From positions 64,001 through 128,000 of the IMG/VR virus record IMGVR_UViG_3300036768_000279: a DNA stretch of 64,000 bases. One strand, 5' to 3'. The stretch comes from a virus. The position numbers and the translations under genes were made by a program. This document shows positions 10,800 to 20,457 of this stretch, piece after piece (the first letter of the stretch is position 1; every line of letters starts with the position of its first letter). The notes beneath the pieces are model-generated. The model was given only the letters and a program-made list of their open reading frames with translations, had not been told where the DNA came from and ran no database searches.

Positions 10800-11448
10800 T
10801 GTTCCCGACGATGCCGTAGCTCAGGTTCTCGAACAGTATCATCCGTTCGTGCGGCACATTGCAAAACGTGCCTGTCATTCCTCTTCTGCCCTAGACATCA
10901 ATGACCTGTATCAGGTTGGTGACATGGCAGTATTAAGAGCCGTTCGTGCTTATGATCCGTCTTCTGGCCGCAACATCAAGTCGTTTGTTACGAATTCAAT
11001 TCGTAATGCTATCTTCAATGAAGCCGCTCGTTTTCTCGGCGTTCTGACTGTCGATTTCAGAACTACAAATTTGGCATCTATGGCGTCTAAGATGCACGAA
11101 AAGGGAAAGAGCGATGAAGAAATCGCTACGGCTCTGACAGAGAAGTATGGACGCAATTTCGACGCTGCACATGCCCGTGATCTACGCATCACGTACAATC
11201 GCAGACATTACTCTCAAGTCCAAGAAGACCTTGCTATGGAAGGCATTGAAAATGACTTGTCCATCAAAGATCTCCTAGATAGCGTCGTCAAAGACGAAGC
11301 GGATCGTATTATCCTTGACAGACGCATTTTTGGCGGCTGCTCTATTGAGCAGATTGTTGCCATTCTTCACATTTCAAGAAAGGCTGTTTCCAAGAAGGAA
11401 GCATGTCTTAAGACAAGAATCAAGCGAGCCCTTGAGGACGCGGCATGA
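10789..11448 (+). CDS. sigma70-family RNA polymerase sigma factor
   Basis: region 2 DINDLYQVG.MAVLRAVRAYDPSSG...F; region 4 HTH SIEQIVAILHISRKAV. Confidence 0.85.
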   Translation: MMVDVPDDAVAQVLEQYHPFVRHIAKRACHSSSALDINDLYQVGDMAVLRAVRAYDPSSGRNIKSFVTNSIRNAIFNEAARFLGVLTVDFRTTNLASMASKMHEKGKSDEEIATALTEKYGRNFDAAHARDLRITYNRRHYSQVQEDLAMEGIENDLSIKDLLDSVVKDEADRIILDRRIFGGCSIEQIVAILHISRKAVSKKEACLKTRIKRALEDAA

Positions 11449-13253
11449 CATACAAGAAGAGAATCCTATTTGTTGGCGAAGCCAGCTTTCTGAACACTGG
11501 TTTTTCAACATACTATCGTGAGCTATTGCCTCGTTTGGCTGCGACCGGCAAATACGAGATTGCTGAACTTGGCTCATACGCCCGTCAAGATGATCCTCGC
11601 GTGAAGGAATTCATTGCTGGTCGTTGGCGTTTTTACGGCGTTATGCCGATGACCGAGGAAGAGAATCGGGTGTTCCAGCAGCCTAATCCTCATCCGCGAA
11701 CTCGCGGTCAGAATACGAATCAATTCGGCGAGTATCGTTTTGCTCACGCTGTGGCCGATTTTAAGCCAGACATCGTGATCGACATTCGTGACTGGTGGAT
11801 GTTGGAATTCCAGGAACGCAACGTCTTTCGTCCATGGTACAAGTGGATTGTGATGCCTACAGTAGACGCCGAGCCCCAACAGGAAGAGTGGGTGCAGACG
11901 TACGAGAACGCCAATATGGTGTTGGCATATTCTGACTATGGCATTCATACTCTACGTCGTCAGTCGTCGCTGACCCCAACCGGCAAGCGTGCGATGAAGA
12001 TCTTCCCCAAGCCGATGCGTCCCGGCGTAGACATTAACTCTTTCAAGCCAGTGGACAAGAAGACGATCCGTGAGCACTGGAATTTGGCCGCTGACATTCC
12101 TATCATTGGAACTGTTATGCGTAACCAGAGTCGCAAGCTATATCCTGATTTGATTGACGCTTTTGCGTTGATGAAGAACAAGTACAAGGGAGAGCCGCAA
12201 GTAGACAAGGCCGTGCTCATGATTCACTCATGCTGGCCGGATAACGTCTATTCGTACGACTACCCACGCCACATTTTCCGTCTGGAACGTTACGACTGGA
12301 TGCCGAATCACAAGAAGGGTATCCGTGGAGACATTCTGCAATCACTGTACTGCTATGCTTGCAAGCAGGCGTCTATGACGTTTGCCGCCAATCTGTGGGG
12401 ACGCCCTATTCAGGAGGGTCGCATCAAGATGCCGTGCTCATATTGTGGAGCGACCGAAGCTTCGCCGCCGAACACAAGCATGGGCTTTGATCGTGATGCT
12501 TTGGCTAAGCTGTACAACCTCATGGATCTCTATGTGCAGTGCTCTATCTGCGAAGGCGACGGGATGCCGATTCAGGAAGCCAAGGCTTGCGGCGTGCCCA
12601 CACTCGTAGTCGATTACACGGCCATGCGAGAGAAGGGACGCTACCCCGATTATTCTCATTTCGAGGAGTCTGGTATCAATGAACGCAATTACACTTGCCA
12701 CAAGGGCGGTGATGTAATCAACGTTGGTCGTTACTACTATGAACCTGAAACGTCATGTAAGCGAGCATTGCCTGACATTGCGGACCTTGCACGCAAGATG
12801 CGTAACATGATCAACGACCCAGAGCGTTTGAAGCAACTTGGTCGAGAGGCACGAGAATGTGTTGAGGCTAACTACGACTGGGATAAGTTGTGGCATCAGT
12901 GGGAATACGTACTCGATAACGTCAAGATTCTTGATCGTAACGATACATGGGATCGTCCCATCGCTCAAATTGACGATGTTCACGCCGTGCCTGTTCCGGC
13001 TAACTTGAGCGACGAGCAATACGTTCATTGGTTGTATTTGAACGTTCTCAAGTATCCGTCCGTTGATACGGAAGGTGCCAAGATGTGGATTTCGCACCTA
13101 CAACAGGGCGTGACACGCGATCAGTTGATGCAGCAGTTTGTTGCTATTGGTAATCAACAATCTAGTGCTAGCAAGATTCGCGATCAGATTCGTCTAGAGG
13201 TCGGCGGCAAGTTGGCGTCTCAGCCCGCGAAGAAGACTCAGGAGTTCGTATGA
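11445..13253 (+). CDS. GT4 (GT-B) glycosyltransferase with Zn-ribbon insert and C-terminal DUF4214-like domain
   Basis: NTGFSTY, RNQSRK, EGDGMPIQEAKACG; CYAC...CSYC insert; C-terminal LSDEQYVHWLY...EGAKMW. Confidence 0.85.
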   Translation: MTYKKRILFVGEASFLNTGFSTYYRELLPRLAATGKYEIAELGSYARQDDPRVKEFIAGRWRFYGVMPMTEEENRVFQQPNPHPRTRGQNTNQFGEYRFAHAVADFKPDIVIDIRDWWMLEFQERNVFRPWYKWIVMPTVDAEPQQEEWVQTYENANMVLAYSDYGIHTLRRQSSLTPTGKRAMKIFPKPMRPGVDINSFKPVDKKTIREHWNLAADIPIIGTVMRNQSRKLYPDLIDAFALMKNKYKGEPQVDKAVLMIHSCWPDNVYSYDYPRHIFRLERYDWMPNHKKGIRGDILQSLYCYACKQASMTFAANLWGRPIQEGRIKMPCSYCGATEASPPNTSMGFDRDALAKLYNLMDLYVQCSICEGDGMPIQEAKACGVPTLVVDYTAMREKGRYPDYSHFEESGINERNYTCHKGGDVINVGRYYYEPETSCKRALPDIADLARKMRNMINDPERLKQLGREARECVEANYDWDKLWHQWEYVLDNVKILDRNDTWDRPIAQIDDVHAVPVPANLSDEQYVHWLYLNVLKYPSVDTEGAKMWISHLQQGVTRDQLMQQFVAIGNQQSSASKIRDQIRLEVGGKLASQPAKKTQEFV

Positions 13254-14509
13254 AGCTATTGTTCACCGGCCCCCTTCTAGACTTCTCTGGATTCGCTCAT
13301 GCGTCACGCATTTTCTTGCGTACACTTGTGCAGGATTCGAATATGGAAGTTGTGGCTCGTGCCCTCAAGTATGATCAGCTAGATGCTGGACAGAGGTTCG
13401 TTCCAGAGTCTTGGCTTACTAAGGCTCTAGAGCGGGACTTGCAGGGCGTTGATATGGCCATTCAAATGACGACGTGTAATGTTGAGGCCGTGCCTATTCC
13501 AGGCATTCTGAATGGCCTATACACGTTTCTTGAGAGTAGCCACATGCAACTTTCTTGGGTTGCGAAGGCTAATGAATTCGACTTCCTCATGGTGCCCTCC
13601 AAAGCCAATGGCGAAGCTATGTTGAATTCTGGCGTAACGAAGCCAATCATCGTATGCGGTCTTCCTTGTGATGCGGACGTTTACGCAAAGGAATATGAGC
13701 CGTACGTTCTTGAGAACGCTGGAGATCGTACGATCTTCTACAACATCTGCCAACTGAGCAATAAGAAGGGCATTGATGCACTCTTGCGTGCTTATTATGC
13801 TGGCTTCTGGGATAGCCCAGATGAGGTTTTGCTAGTTCTGAAAACCTACATTCAGATGTCTAATCGTTCCAACGAATTGGAGCAAGTGAAACGATACATT
13901 CAGAACATCCGTGAGCGTTGTCGTATTCCTGTGTCGCGTTTCCCACCAGTGTTGCCTCTCGTTTTTACTATGAGCGATACAGAGATTAATGGTCTGCATA
14001 CTCGCGGAGACGCCTACGTCTGTTCTTCGCGTGCAGAGGGATGGGGCATTCCCGTCTTTGACGCACTTGGTTTTGGCAAAACTGTCATCACCAATTCCGC
14101 TGGCGGCATGGGCGATTTCGTGACACGCGATAATGCCCTGGTGTATGGCGGTATGCCAACTTACTTCTTTGACATGCCACACGGAGATCCTGGTTTGTAC
14201 ACGGGTGTCGAACAGTGTTTCGAGCCGTGTATTCCAGAAATGGCTATGGTCATGCGTAACTTCCACTTGCTCCGTAAGGGCAACAAGGAAGGCGTACTGG
14301 ACGCTGGCAATAAAGAACAGTGGGAGGCGGTCCTGACGCGACGCAACAACGCCAAGCTCGTTGGACAGAAGTACGACTATCGTCGTATCTCTCCAATTAT
14401 CACAACTCAACTACATTCTCTTCTCAAGATCTGGAAACAGACAGGAACGATCGTATTCAATGAAGCCGTCCAAGAAAGTAGCGAAGCTCAATCTTCGTCC
14501 GTGTCTTGA
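13250..14509 (+). CDS. GT4 glycosyltransferase
   Basis: SGFAHASR, KKGIDALLRAY, SRAEGWGIPVFDALGFG. Confidence 0.85.
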   Translation: MKLLFTGPLLDFSGFAHASRIFLRTLVQDSNMEVVARALKYDQLDAGQRFVPESWLTKALERDLQGVDMAIQMTTCNVEAVPIPGILNGLYTFLESSHMQLSWVAKANEFDFLMVPSKANGEAMLNSGVTKPIIVCGLPCDADVYAKEYEPYVLENAGDRTIFYNICQLSNKKGIDALLRAYYAGFWDSPDEVLLVLKTYIQMSNRSNELEQVKRYIQNIRERCRIPVSRFPPVLPLVFTMSDTEINGLHTRGDAYVCSSRAEGWGIPVFDALGFGKTVITNSAGGMGDFVTRDNALVYGGMPTYFFDMPHGDPGLYTGVEQCFEPCIPEMAMVMRNFHLLRKGNKEGVLDAGNKEQWEAVLTRRNNAKLVGQKYDYRRISPIITTQLHSLLKIWKQTGTIVFNEAVQESSEAQSSSVS

Positions 14510-14816
14510 GAACGAAATGCGGATTGCACGTCCGCAACTCGGTCAAAAGGCAGATTACGGAGGGGGTCGCACAGCGGCCATCCATCTGTTCTGTTTGTCA
14601 TGTATGGGCGGCAACCGCTCAGACGTTGTAGCTTGTAAGTCTTATTCGTGTCCGCTATGGCAGTTTAGACCGGGCGGAAAGAAAGGTGTTCAGCCTCCTG
14701 GTATTCCAACCGCTGAACAATACAAAACATTGATCAATGCCAAGGTCAGCGACAAGCAGCGTGAAGCTGGACGTAGATTGCGTGAAGGCGATGACGGTGG
14801 TGGGGGCGTACAATGA
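14460..14816 (+). CDS. small Zn-binding phage protein
   Basis: AIHLFCLSCMGG...C...CPLWQFR; start placed at ATG 14460. Confidence 0.55.
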   Translation: MKPSKKVAKLNLRPCLENEMRIARPQLGQKADYGGGRTAAIHLFCLSCMGGNRSDVVACKSYSCPLWQFRPGGKKGVQPPGIPTAEQYKTLINAKVSDKQREAGRRLREGDDGGGGVQ

Positions 14817-15820
14817 ATCAGATGTACTATGAACCTCAAATGAAGTCGATTGCGGAGCGAGTGAATCGCAAGCCGCGTCTGGTGCAATGCATTCAGATGT
14901 TGAACGAAGAAGAATTTGCACCACTCGTCTTGCGTTCCATTTACGATCAGGTTGATAGGATTCTCGTGATTGAGGGAGCGGTGCAAAATAATCCGAGATC
15001 TACTCCAGACGGACATTCGATCGATAAGACACGTGAAGTCCTAGCGGACTTCAAGGCGAATCATGACCACAAGAAGAAGATTGTAGTTATTTCCATCAAC
15101 AAGCATTGGAAAAACTTGGAGGAAATGAAGCAGACGTTCTTGGACATGTCTATGCCGGGCGACTGGATATTGATCAATGATGCGGACGAAATTTATCGCC
15201 CGGAAGATATTGAACGTCTTCGCAGGGCTATTGAATTGAATCCTACGGCCTGTGAATTTGTGCCGAACTTCCTGCATTTCTATCGTGATTTCAGTCACGT
15301 TGCCGTGCCCGGACCTGAATGGCAGCCACAGCATCAACGTGTTTTCAAATATGTTCGTGGCATGAAGTACAATAGTCATCCAGTTGTGACAGATCCGGCT
15401 GGACACTGTACTTATTTCTCGCCGCACTATCAGCATCGTAGAGTCATGCTGAACGACTTCTTCATCTATCACTATGGCTACGCTCGTAGTAACATGGATG
15501 AAATCATGAAAGCTAAACAAGAATACTATGAGAAGGAATTGGCTACACACGGTGGAGCCAACAAGAAGTTCGACCAGAAGGTTAAGGATTGGTTTGCTGG
15601 CACAGAGCCGGTTCTGTATTTTGACGGTCAACATCCTGCGGTTATGGATAAGCAAAGCGTTAATGTTCAGGTTCCGCGAAAGCCACATGAGCGTACGTGG
15701 CGTGATGATCCCTTCTACAGCAAGGTACTTGCTGGTGAGGAATATGGCAATATTTGGTTGTGTATGACTCGTCAGTCTGTGCCACACATGCATCATTATC
15801 ACAACGGAATGAAGGTCTAA
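14813..15820 (+). CDS. GT2-like (GT-A) glycosyltransferase
   Basis: NEEEF, SIDKT, WILINDADE (DxD), IYHYGY. Confidence 0.8.
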   Translation: MNQMYYEPQMKSIAERVNRKPRLVQCIQMLNEEEFAPLVLRSIYDQVDRILVIEGAVQNNPRSTPDGHSIDKTREVLADFKANHDHKKKIVVISINKHWKNLEEMKQTFLDMSMPGDWILINDADEIYRPEDIERLRRAIELNPTACEFVPNFLHFYRDFSHVAVPGPEWQPQHQRVFKYVRGMKYNSHPVVTDPAGHCTYFSPHYQHRRVMLNDFFIYHYGYARSNMDEIMKAKQEYYEKELATHGGANKKFDQKVKDWFAGTEPVLYFDGQHPAVMDKQSVNVQVPRKPHERTWRDDPFYSKVLAGEEYGNIWLCMTRQSVPHMHHYHNGMKV

Positions 15821-15918
15821 TCATGCTATTACAATGCACGAAAACGACCCAGAGCATAGTCCGTTCAAGACGCTGACTTCAATTCTCTCGACTCCAAAAC
15901 ACGCAGACAGTATTTTGA

Positions 15919-16101
15919 GTGATGAAATACGTAGCAGATAAAGACTGGTCTGACGACTATGAAGAGCGAGAGGCTAGAGATAACGCCCGTATTCGTCGTC
16001 AGCAGAAGATCGACGCGAAGAAAATAATTCGTGACAAGAAGCGTTCTGGCACCTACTACGAACTACCTCAGTGGCAAAGAGAGAAGCTAGAAGATGACTA
16101 A
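15919..16101 (+). CDS. small charged hypothetical protein
   Basis: ORF overlaps the next gene. Confidence 0.45.
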   Translation: MMKYVADKDWSDDYEEREARDNARIRRQQKIDAKKIIRDKKRSGTYYELPQWQREKLEDD

Positions 16102-16933
16102 ATTGTCATATCTTGTATCGACGTATGACTCTGGTCATTATCTTGATCGGCACATTGCTGATTTGATCGATAGACAGACGGATCCCGATTTCGAGATTGT
16201 CATCATGAATCCAGACTCGCCTGGAACAGATGGCATCATTGCCCAAAAGTGGGTAGGAATTGATTCTCGTGTCAAGTATTTGTATTGGCCAAAACGAGAA
16301 TGGTATGGCACTTCATGGCTTCGTGCTTGGCAGTGTGCGACCGGCGATTTCGTTGTCAATAGCAATACAGATGACTACCATCATCCAGAGTTCACTGCTC
16401 AGTTTCACAAGTACATGAGCTTTGCGACCAGCGGTATGCACGCTGGCCGCAAGATTGGATTCGGTTATGCTGGCATCAGCGTGATTGATGACAATGGCAA
16501 GCCGCTTGGCGGTGGCATTAAGCCGCCATTCGACTTTGAACTAATGAGCCGCGAATGCTGGGCTGGTCCTCAGGTTTGTTGGAGAAACGACGAAAGCTTC
16601 AAGAAGTCTCTAGACTGGGATTTGATGTTCCAGCGTTCCAAGGAATACAGATCGGCGTTTGATTACTGGCTATGGCTATACTTTATGTCCTTGGGGTACC
16701 ATGGTTATGTGATACCACAGGTACTAACGGTTTATACTCAAAGACCTGGATCGATCGAGAACAGCAACAAGTTCGCCAACAATTACGAAACTTACTCTGC
16801 CATTTCCGAGTTCTTCGGTCATCATTTCAGGGGACAGTTGAAGCATGCTATCGAGTTTGAAGACTTCAAGAACCGTCCTCCGCGTGAGGCGTGGATTGCG
16901 ACTATGCAGGCAGGTAAGAAATGGCGAGCATGA
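16094..16933 (+). CDS. GT2 glycosyltransferase
   Basis: LSYLVSTY, QT...FEIVI, ATGDFVVNSNTDD, DYWLWL. Confidence 0.85.
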   Translation: MTKLSYLVSTYDSGHYLDRHIADLIDRQTDPDFEIVIMNPDSPGTDGIIAQKWVGIDSRVKYLYWPKREWYGTSWLRAWQCATGDFVVNSNTDDYHHPEFTAQFHKYMSFATSGMHAGRKIGFGYAGISVIDDNGKPLGGGIKPPFDFELMSRECWAGPQVCWRNDESFKKSLDWDLMFQRSKEYRSAFDYWLWLYFMSLGYHGYVIPQVLTVYTQRPGSIENSNKFANNYETYSAISEFFGHHFRGQLKHAIEFEDFKNRPPREAWIATMQAGKKWRA

Positions 16934-17214
16934 GTAAAAATCTGTGGTATCGTATTGTCGCTGGCAGTCTACTGAAAAAGCTTCAGGATGCGGATATTCG
17001 CATTCACACTTTACTGAACACTGTTCATGTTCACAAGGTTCGCATTACCGAACTTGAAGAAGCTGCCAAGAAGTCAAAGTCTGATGCTGATATTGCTGTT
17101 CGCGTCATTCGTGACTTAGAAGCTGAGGTTGCACGACTACGTGCCGACAAAGCTGCATTGTATCCAGAGCTTGATAGATTGCGTGCAAAGTTAGCTAAGT
17201 TCAACCAAAGATGA
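16921..17214 (+). CDS. coiled-coil hypothetical protein
   Basis: heptad pattern; coupled to both neighbours. Confidence 0.5.
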   Translation: MASMSKNLWYRIVAGSLLKKLQDADIRIHTLLNTVHVHKVRITELEEAAKKSKSDADIAVRVIRDLEAEVARLRADKAALYPELDRLRAKLAKFNQR

Positions 17215-18296
17215 TCAAGGTATTGCACTATCTCCGCCATCTTGGTTTAGGCGGTACCGAGAAGACGTGTCAATTGTTTTTTGAGCACGCCGACACTAGT
17301 CATTTTGATGTCGCTGTAGCATACGATGTAAACGGCTCTCATCCACGAAAAGAAGAATTTCAGAAAGCCGCTTTAGTTTGTGGTGGCAAATTGTTGGGAG
17401 TGGATACCAAAAACCACACCGATGGTCGCGACCTGCAAAGGGTGATCGATACGTTTAAGCCAGACATCTTACACGTATATCGCAGCGGCTATCACGAATT
17501 CCCTAGTCCTGGTCATGACATTAGTGTGCCGCATTTCATTGAGACCAATGTGTTTGGTTTCTATGATGGCAATAGACATATCGACAGGTCGCTTTTCATG
17601 AGCAAATGGCTTATGCACAATACGGTGCGTCAGCTAGGCGTCAAGCCTGATCGATTTGACTTCGTGAATAATCCTGTAGAGCGTCCATGTACTGGCGATC
17701 AGTTTGAAATTGCTGCACGCTGGAAATCGGAAGGAGCTATTGTTGTTGGACGTTGTGGGCGTCCCGACAATGGCATTTACAACGCCGTCAATGTAGATGC
17801 CGTGCGATTGCTGCGAATGCAAGGATATGATATTCGCTTCTTAGTTGTAGCCCCACCGTCCAATATGCTACACGATTTGTCACGTTACGACATTCCGTTC
17901 TACATGATAGAGCCGACAGTCAATCCGCTCGTTCTAAGCATGTTCTACAATAGCGTAGACATCTATACCCATGCCCGTGCAGACGGCGAAACGTTTGGCG
18001 TGAACATTGCAGAGGCTATGATTCACGGCAATCCTGTTATTACACATATTGCTACACCAAGCGTTCCGGGCATGGGAGTGTTCCAGTCACAAACAGAGCT
18101 AGTAGACAACAACGTTACGGGCTTGGTAGTCAACAATACACCTGGAGAATATGCAGAAGCATTGAAGACCTTGATTGACGATCAGAAGTTGCGTCAGTCT
18201 ATGGGCGAATTCGGCAGACGTAAGGCCGAAGCCGAATATGAGGTTAGTGTGTGTATGCATAAGCTCGAAAGTATCTATAGAGAGATTGCACAATGA
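17211..18296 (+). CDS. GT4 glycosyltransferase
   Basis: GLGGTEK, GETFGVNIAEAMIHGNPVI; paralog of 18293-19447. Confidence 0.88.
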   Translation: MIKVLHYLRHLGLGGTEKTCQLFFEHADTSHFDVAVAYDVNGSHPRKEEFQKAALVCGGKLLGVDTKNHTDGRDLQRVIDTFKPDILHVYRSGYHEFPSPGHDISVPHFIETNVFGFYDGNRHIDRSLFMSKWLMHNTVRQLGVKPDRFDFVNNPVERPCTGDQFEIAARWKSEGAIVVGRCGRPDNGIYNAVNVDAVRLLRMQGYDIRFLVVAPPSNMLHDLSRYDIPFYMIEPTVNPLVLSMFYNSVDIYTHARADGETFGVNIAEAMIHGNPVITHIATPSVPGMGVFQSQTELVDNNVTGLVVNNTPGEYAEALKTLIDDQKLRQSMGEFGRRKAEAEYEVSVCMHKLESIYREIAQ

Positions 18297-19447
18297 ACAA
18301 GATTCGCGTCGTTCACCATTCGAAGACAGTAGGCTTTAGCGGCACAGACCGCACGTCCCAGTTGTTTTGCAAGTACCTAGCTCAGAGCGATAAGTACGAG
18401 CCGTTTATTGTCTATCGCGAAGGCGATCCGGCAAACAACCGCTTGGACATTGTGCGATCGTGGATCGGCGACGATCACGTAATTCCCTATCAATGGACAC
18501 CAGGAAAGAAGGGACAGCAGCCGCCCTATCTGCCGGAGTCTGACAATCTCTACGACGTTTTGAAGGCGATCGATCCACAAATTGTTCACGTCCACAGAAG
18601 TGGCTATACAGAGTGGCCGTGCTTCCGCTACATGGCACCCAAGGCCAAGTGGATTGAGACTAACATCTTCGGCTACAAGGACAATTCTCCAGAGCCGCAG
18701 ATTGATGTTAACATCTATATTTCGCAGTACATCCTAAACACAGCCCTTCGTGCTGGCGGGCCGAACGGCCCCGTGCTATACAACCCGATCGAAATGCCGG
18801 TTCTCGGGCTCTCGCCGGAGAGCAAGGAAGCTGCCCGCGAACACCTTCTTTCAACTTTCAAGCTACCTCACAACGCTGTATTGCTTGGACGTGTAGGTAG
18901 AGCAGACAACTTTGATCCAATCTCATTGAGAGCGTTCAAGGCAGTTGAGGAGTCGTATCCTAACGCCTACTACATTGTTGTTAATCCATGTCAAGGATGG
19001 CATGACACGGTACGACAATTGGGAATCAAGAATGTTCGTTTTTCAGGGCCGATCGTTGATGATGCCGACCTATCAAGATTCTACACAGGACTTGACATCT
19101 ACGCTCATGCTCGTCATGATGGAGAGTGTTGTCCGTGTAACATTCAGGAAGCCATGATGCACGGGCTACCTGTGGTATCACACGAAAGTATGATCTTCAA
19201 CGGTCAATCTGAAATCCTTGCTGAGAGTGGATTTGTTGTTCCTGTTGGTCACCACGAGGCATATCGCGACGTGCTTATGCAACTGGTAGAGAATCCAGAA
19301 ATGGCGAGCGAGGACGAAAAGTCTCGTGTACGTCTGCGTTCTCACTTCGGACGCGAAGGCCGTCGTCGTGCTATGCGTCACTTTGAAGCGAGCATCGTTA
19401 CGGGACAACTTGCCAAGATCTATGACTGGGTATTGAAGAACAAATGA
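18293..19447 (+). CDS. GT4 glycosyltransferase
   Basis: GFSGTDR, HARHDGECCPCNIQEAMMHGLPVV. Confidence 0.88.
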   Translation: MNKIRVVHHSKTVGFSGTDRTSQLFCKYLAQSDKYEPFIVYREGDPANNRLDIVRSWIGDDHVIPYQWTPGKKGQQPPYLPESDNLYDVLKAIDPQIVHVHRSGYTEWPCFRYMAPKAKWIETNIFGYKDNSPEPQIDVNIYISQYILNTALRAGGPNGPVLYNPIEMPVLGLSPESKEAAREHLLSTFKLPHNAVLLGRVGRADNFDPISLRAFKAVEESYPNAYYIVVNPCQGWHDTVRQLGIKNVRFSGPIVDDADLSRFYTGLDIYAHARHDGECCPCNIQEAMMHGLPVVSHESMIFNGQSEILAESGFVVPVGHHEAYRDVLMQLVENPEMASEDEKSRVRLRSHFGREGRRRAMRHFEASIVTGQLAKIYDWVLKNK

Positions 19448-20106
19448 AGCTGATCACATTCTCTCTTTGGGGCGATAGCCCCAAATATTGCATCGGTGCT
19501 CTCAAGAATGCCGAGCTTGCTAAGACCATCTATCCAGGCTGGACATGTCGCTTCTATCTGGGGACATCTGTCCCCAGAGAGATCGTTCATAAGCTGGCCG
19601 CTATGGACAACACGCATATTGTGTGTATGAATGTAGCCGGGGATTGGCGTGGCATGTTCTGGCGTTTTGAAGCCGCTAGTGATCCCGACTGCGAAGTCAT
19701 GATTAGCCGCGATTGCGACTCGCGGCTAGGGCTACGCGAAAAGGCTGCTGTCGATGAATGGATGGTTAGTGACAAAGGCTTCCATACCATCCATGATCAC
19801 TTCCATCATAACGTACCGATACTAGGAGGATTATGGGGCAAGAAGCGTGACTGCTTTCCAGAATTTAGCATATTTCTTGATGCGTGGCACCAGGAAGATA
19901 GATGGCAAACCGACCAAGACTTCCTTACCCAGGTTGTTTGGCCGCGAGTAGCCAATCAAACTATGAATCATTCTGAATTCCACACGCACATATGGCCCGC
20001 CAGACCAATTCCATTGCCACGTAGTGGTCGTGAGTTTATTGGTGCTACATATAATGAACATGATATCATTGATGTAGAGCAGCAGAGATTATTGTATGGT
20101 AGGTAA
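19444..20106 (+). CDS. putative GT-A-like glycosyltransferase
   Basis: FSLWG..PKY..GA..N, MFWRF, ISRDCDSR (DxD), DQDFL...VWP; lies inside the GT cluster. Confidence 0.55.
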   Translation: MKLITFSLWGDSPKYCIGALKNAELAKTIYPGWTCRFYLGTSVPREIVHKLAAMDNTHIVCMNVAGDWRGMFWRFEAASDPDCEVMISRDCDSRLGLREKAAVDEWMVSDKGFHTIHDHFHHNVPILGGLWGKKRDCFPEFSIFLDAWHQEDRWQTDQDFLTQVVWPRVANQTMNHSEFHTHIWPARPIPLPRSGREFIGATYNEHDIIDVEQQRLLYGR

Positions 20107-20457
20107 GAGACGCTATGTTTGTGATGATCGTATGACGCTGGAGTCATGTTATTGGGCTGGCTTTATTGCATCGGATGGCCACATCAATCCTGTGCCTCAT
20201 GGACTTGATCTAATTCGCCAATTGAATGCCGCATTAGACTGAATGGCGTGCATAGTTGGCTTGAAGCACTTGAAAAGAGATTCAACATTACGACCGCCAA
20301 GACTAAAACGTTACAGCCCCCAGCACTAAGTGGCAATCGTTTATGGGCCTTTGTTATTGGCTTTTTGGATGGCGATGGCTAAAGGAACTCTTGGATCGTG
20401 AGTTTCCTCAACAAGATTGATGTTCCCAAGCTTCAACGAAAGTGGTGTAAGGTATGA
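20096..20457 (+). pseudogene. multiply deleted LAGLIDADG homing endonuclease
   Basis: fragments YWAGFIASDG, LEKRFNIT..KTKTL, AFVIGFLDGDG and LNKIDVPKLQRKW are colinear with the intact paralog 22547-23185; ~360 vs ~640 bp. Confidence 0.9.

Noticed and set aside
15041-15802. Long antisense or alternate-frame ORFs (e.g. 15041-15802, 52586-53293, 60261-60935)
   Set aside because: They shadow well-supported genes on the opposite strand and carry no motifs.
15821-15921. Possible additional collapsed gene (MLLQCTK... / ...DFNSLDSKTRRQYFE)
   Set aside because: No recognisable family motif; not enough support.
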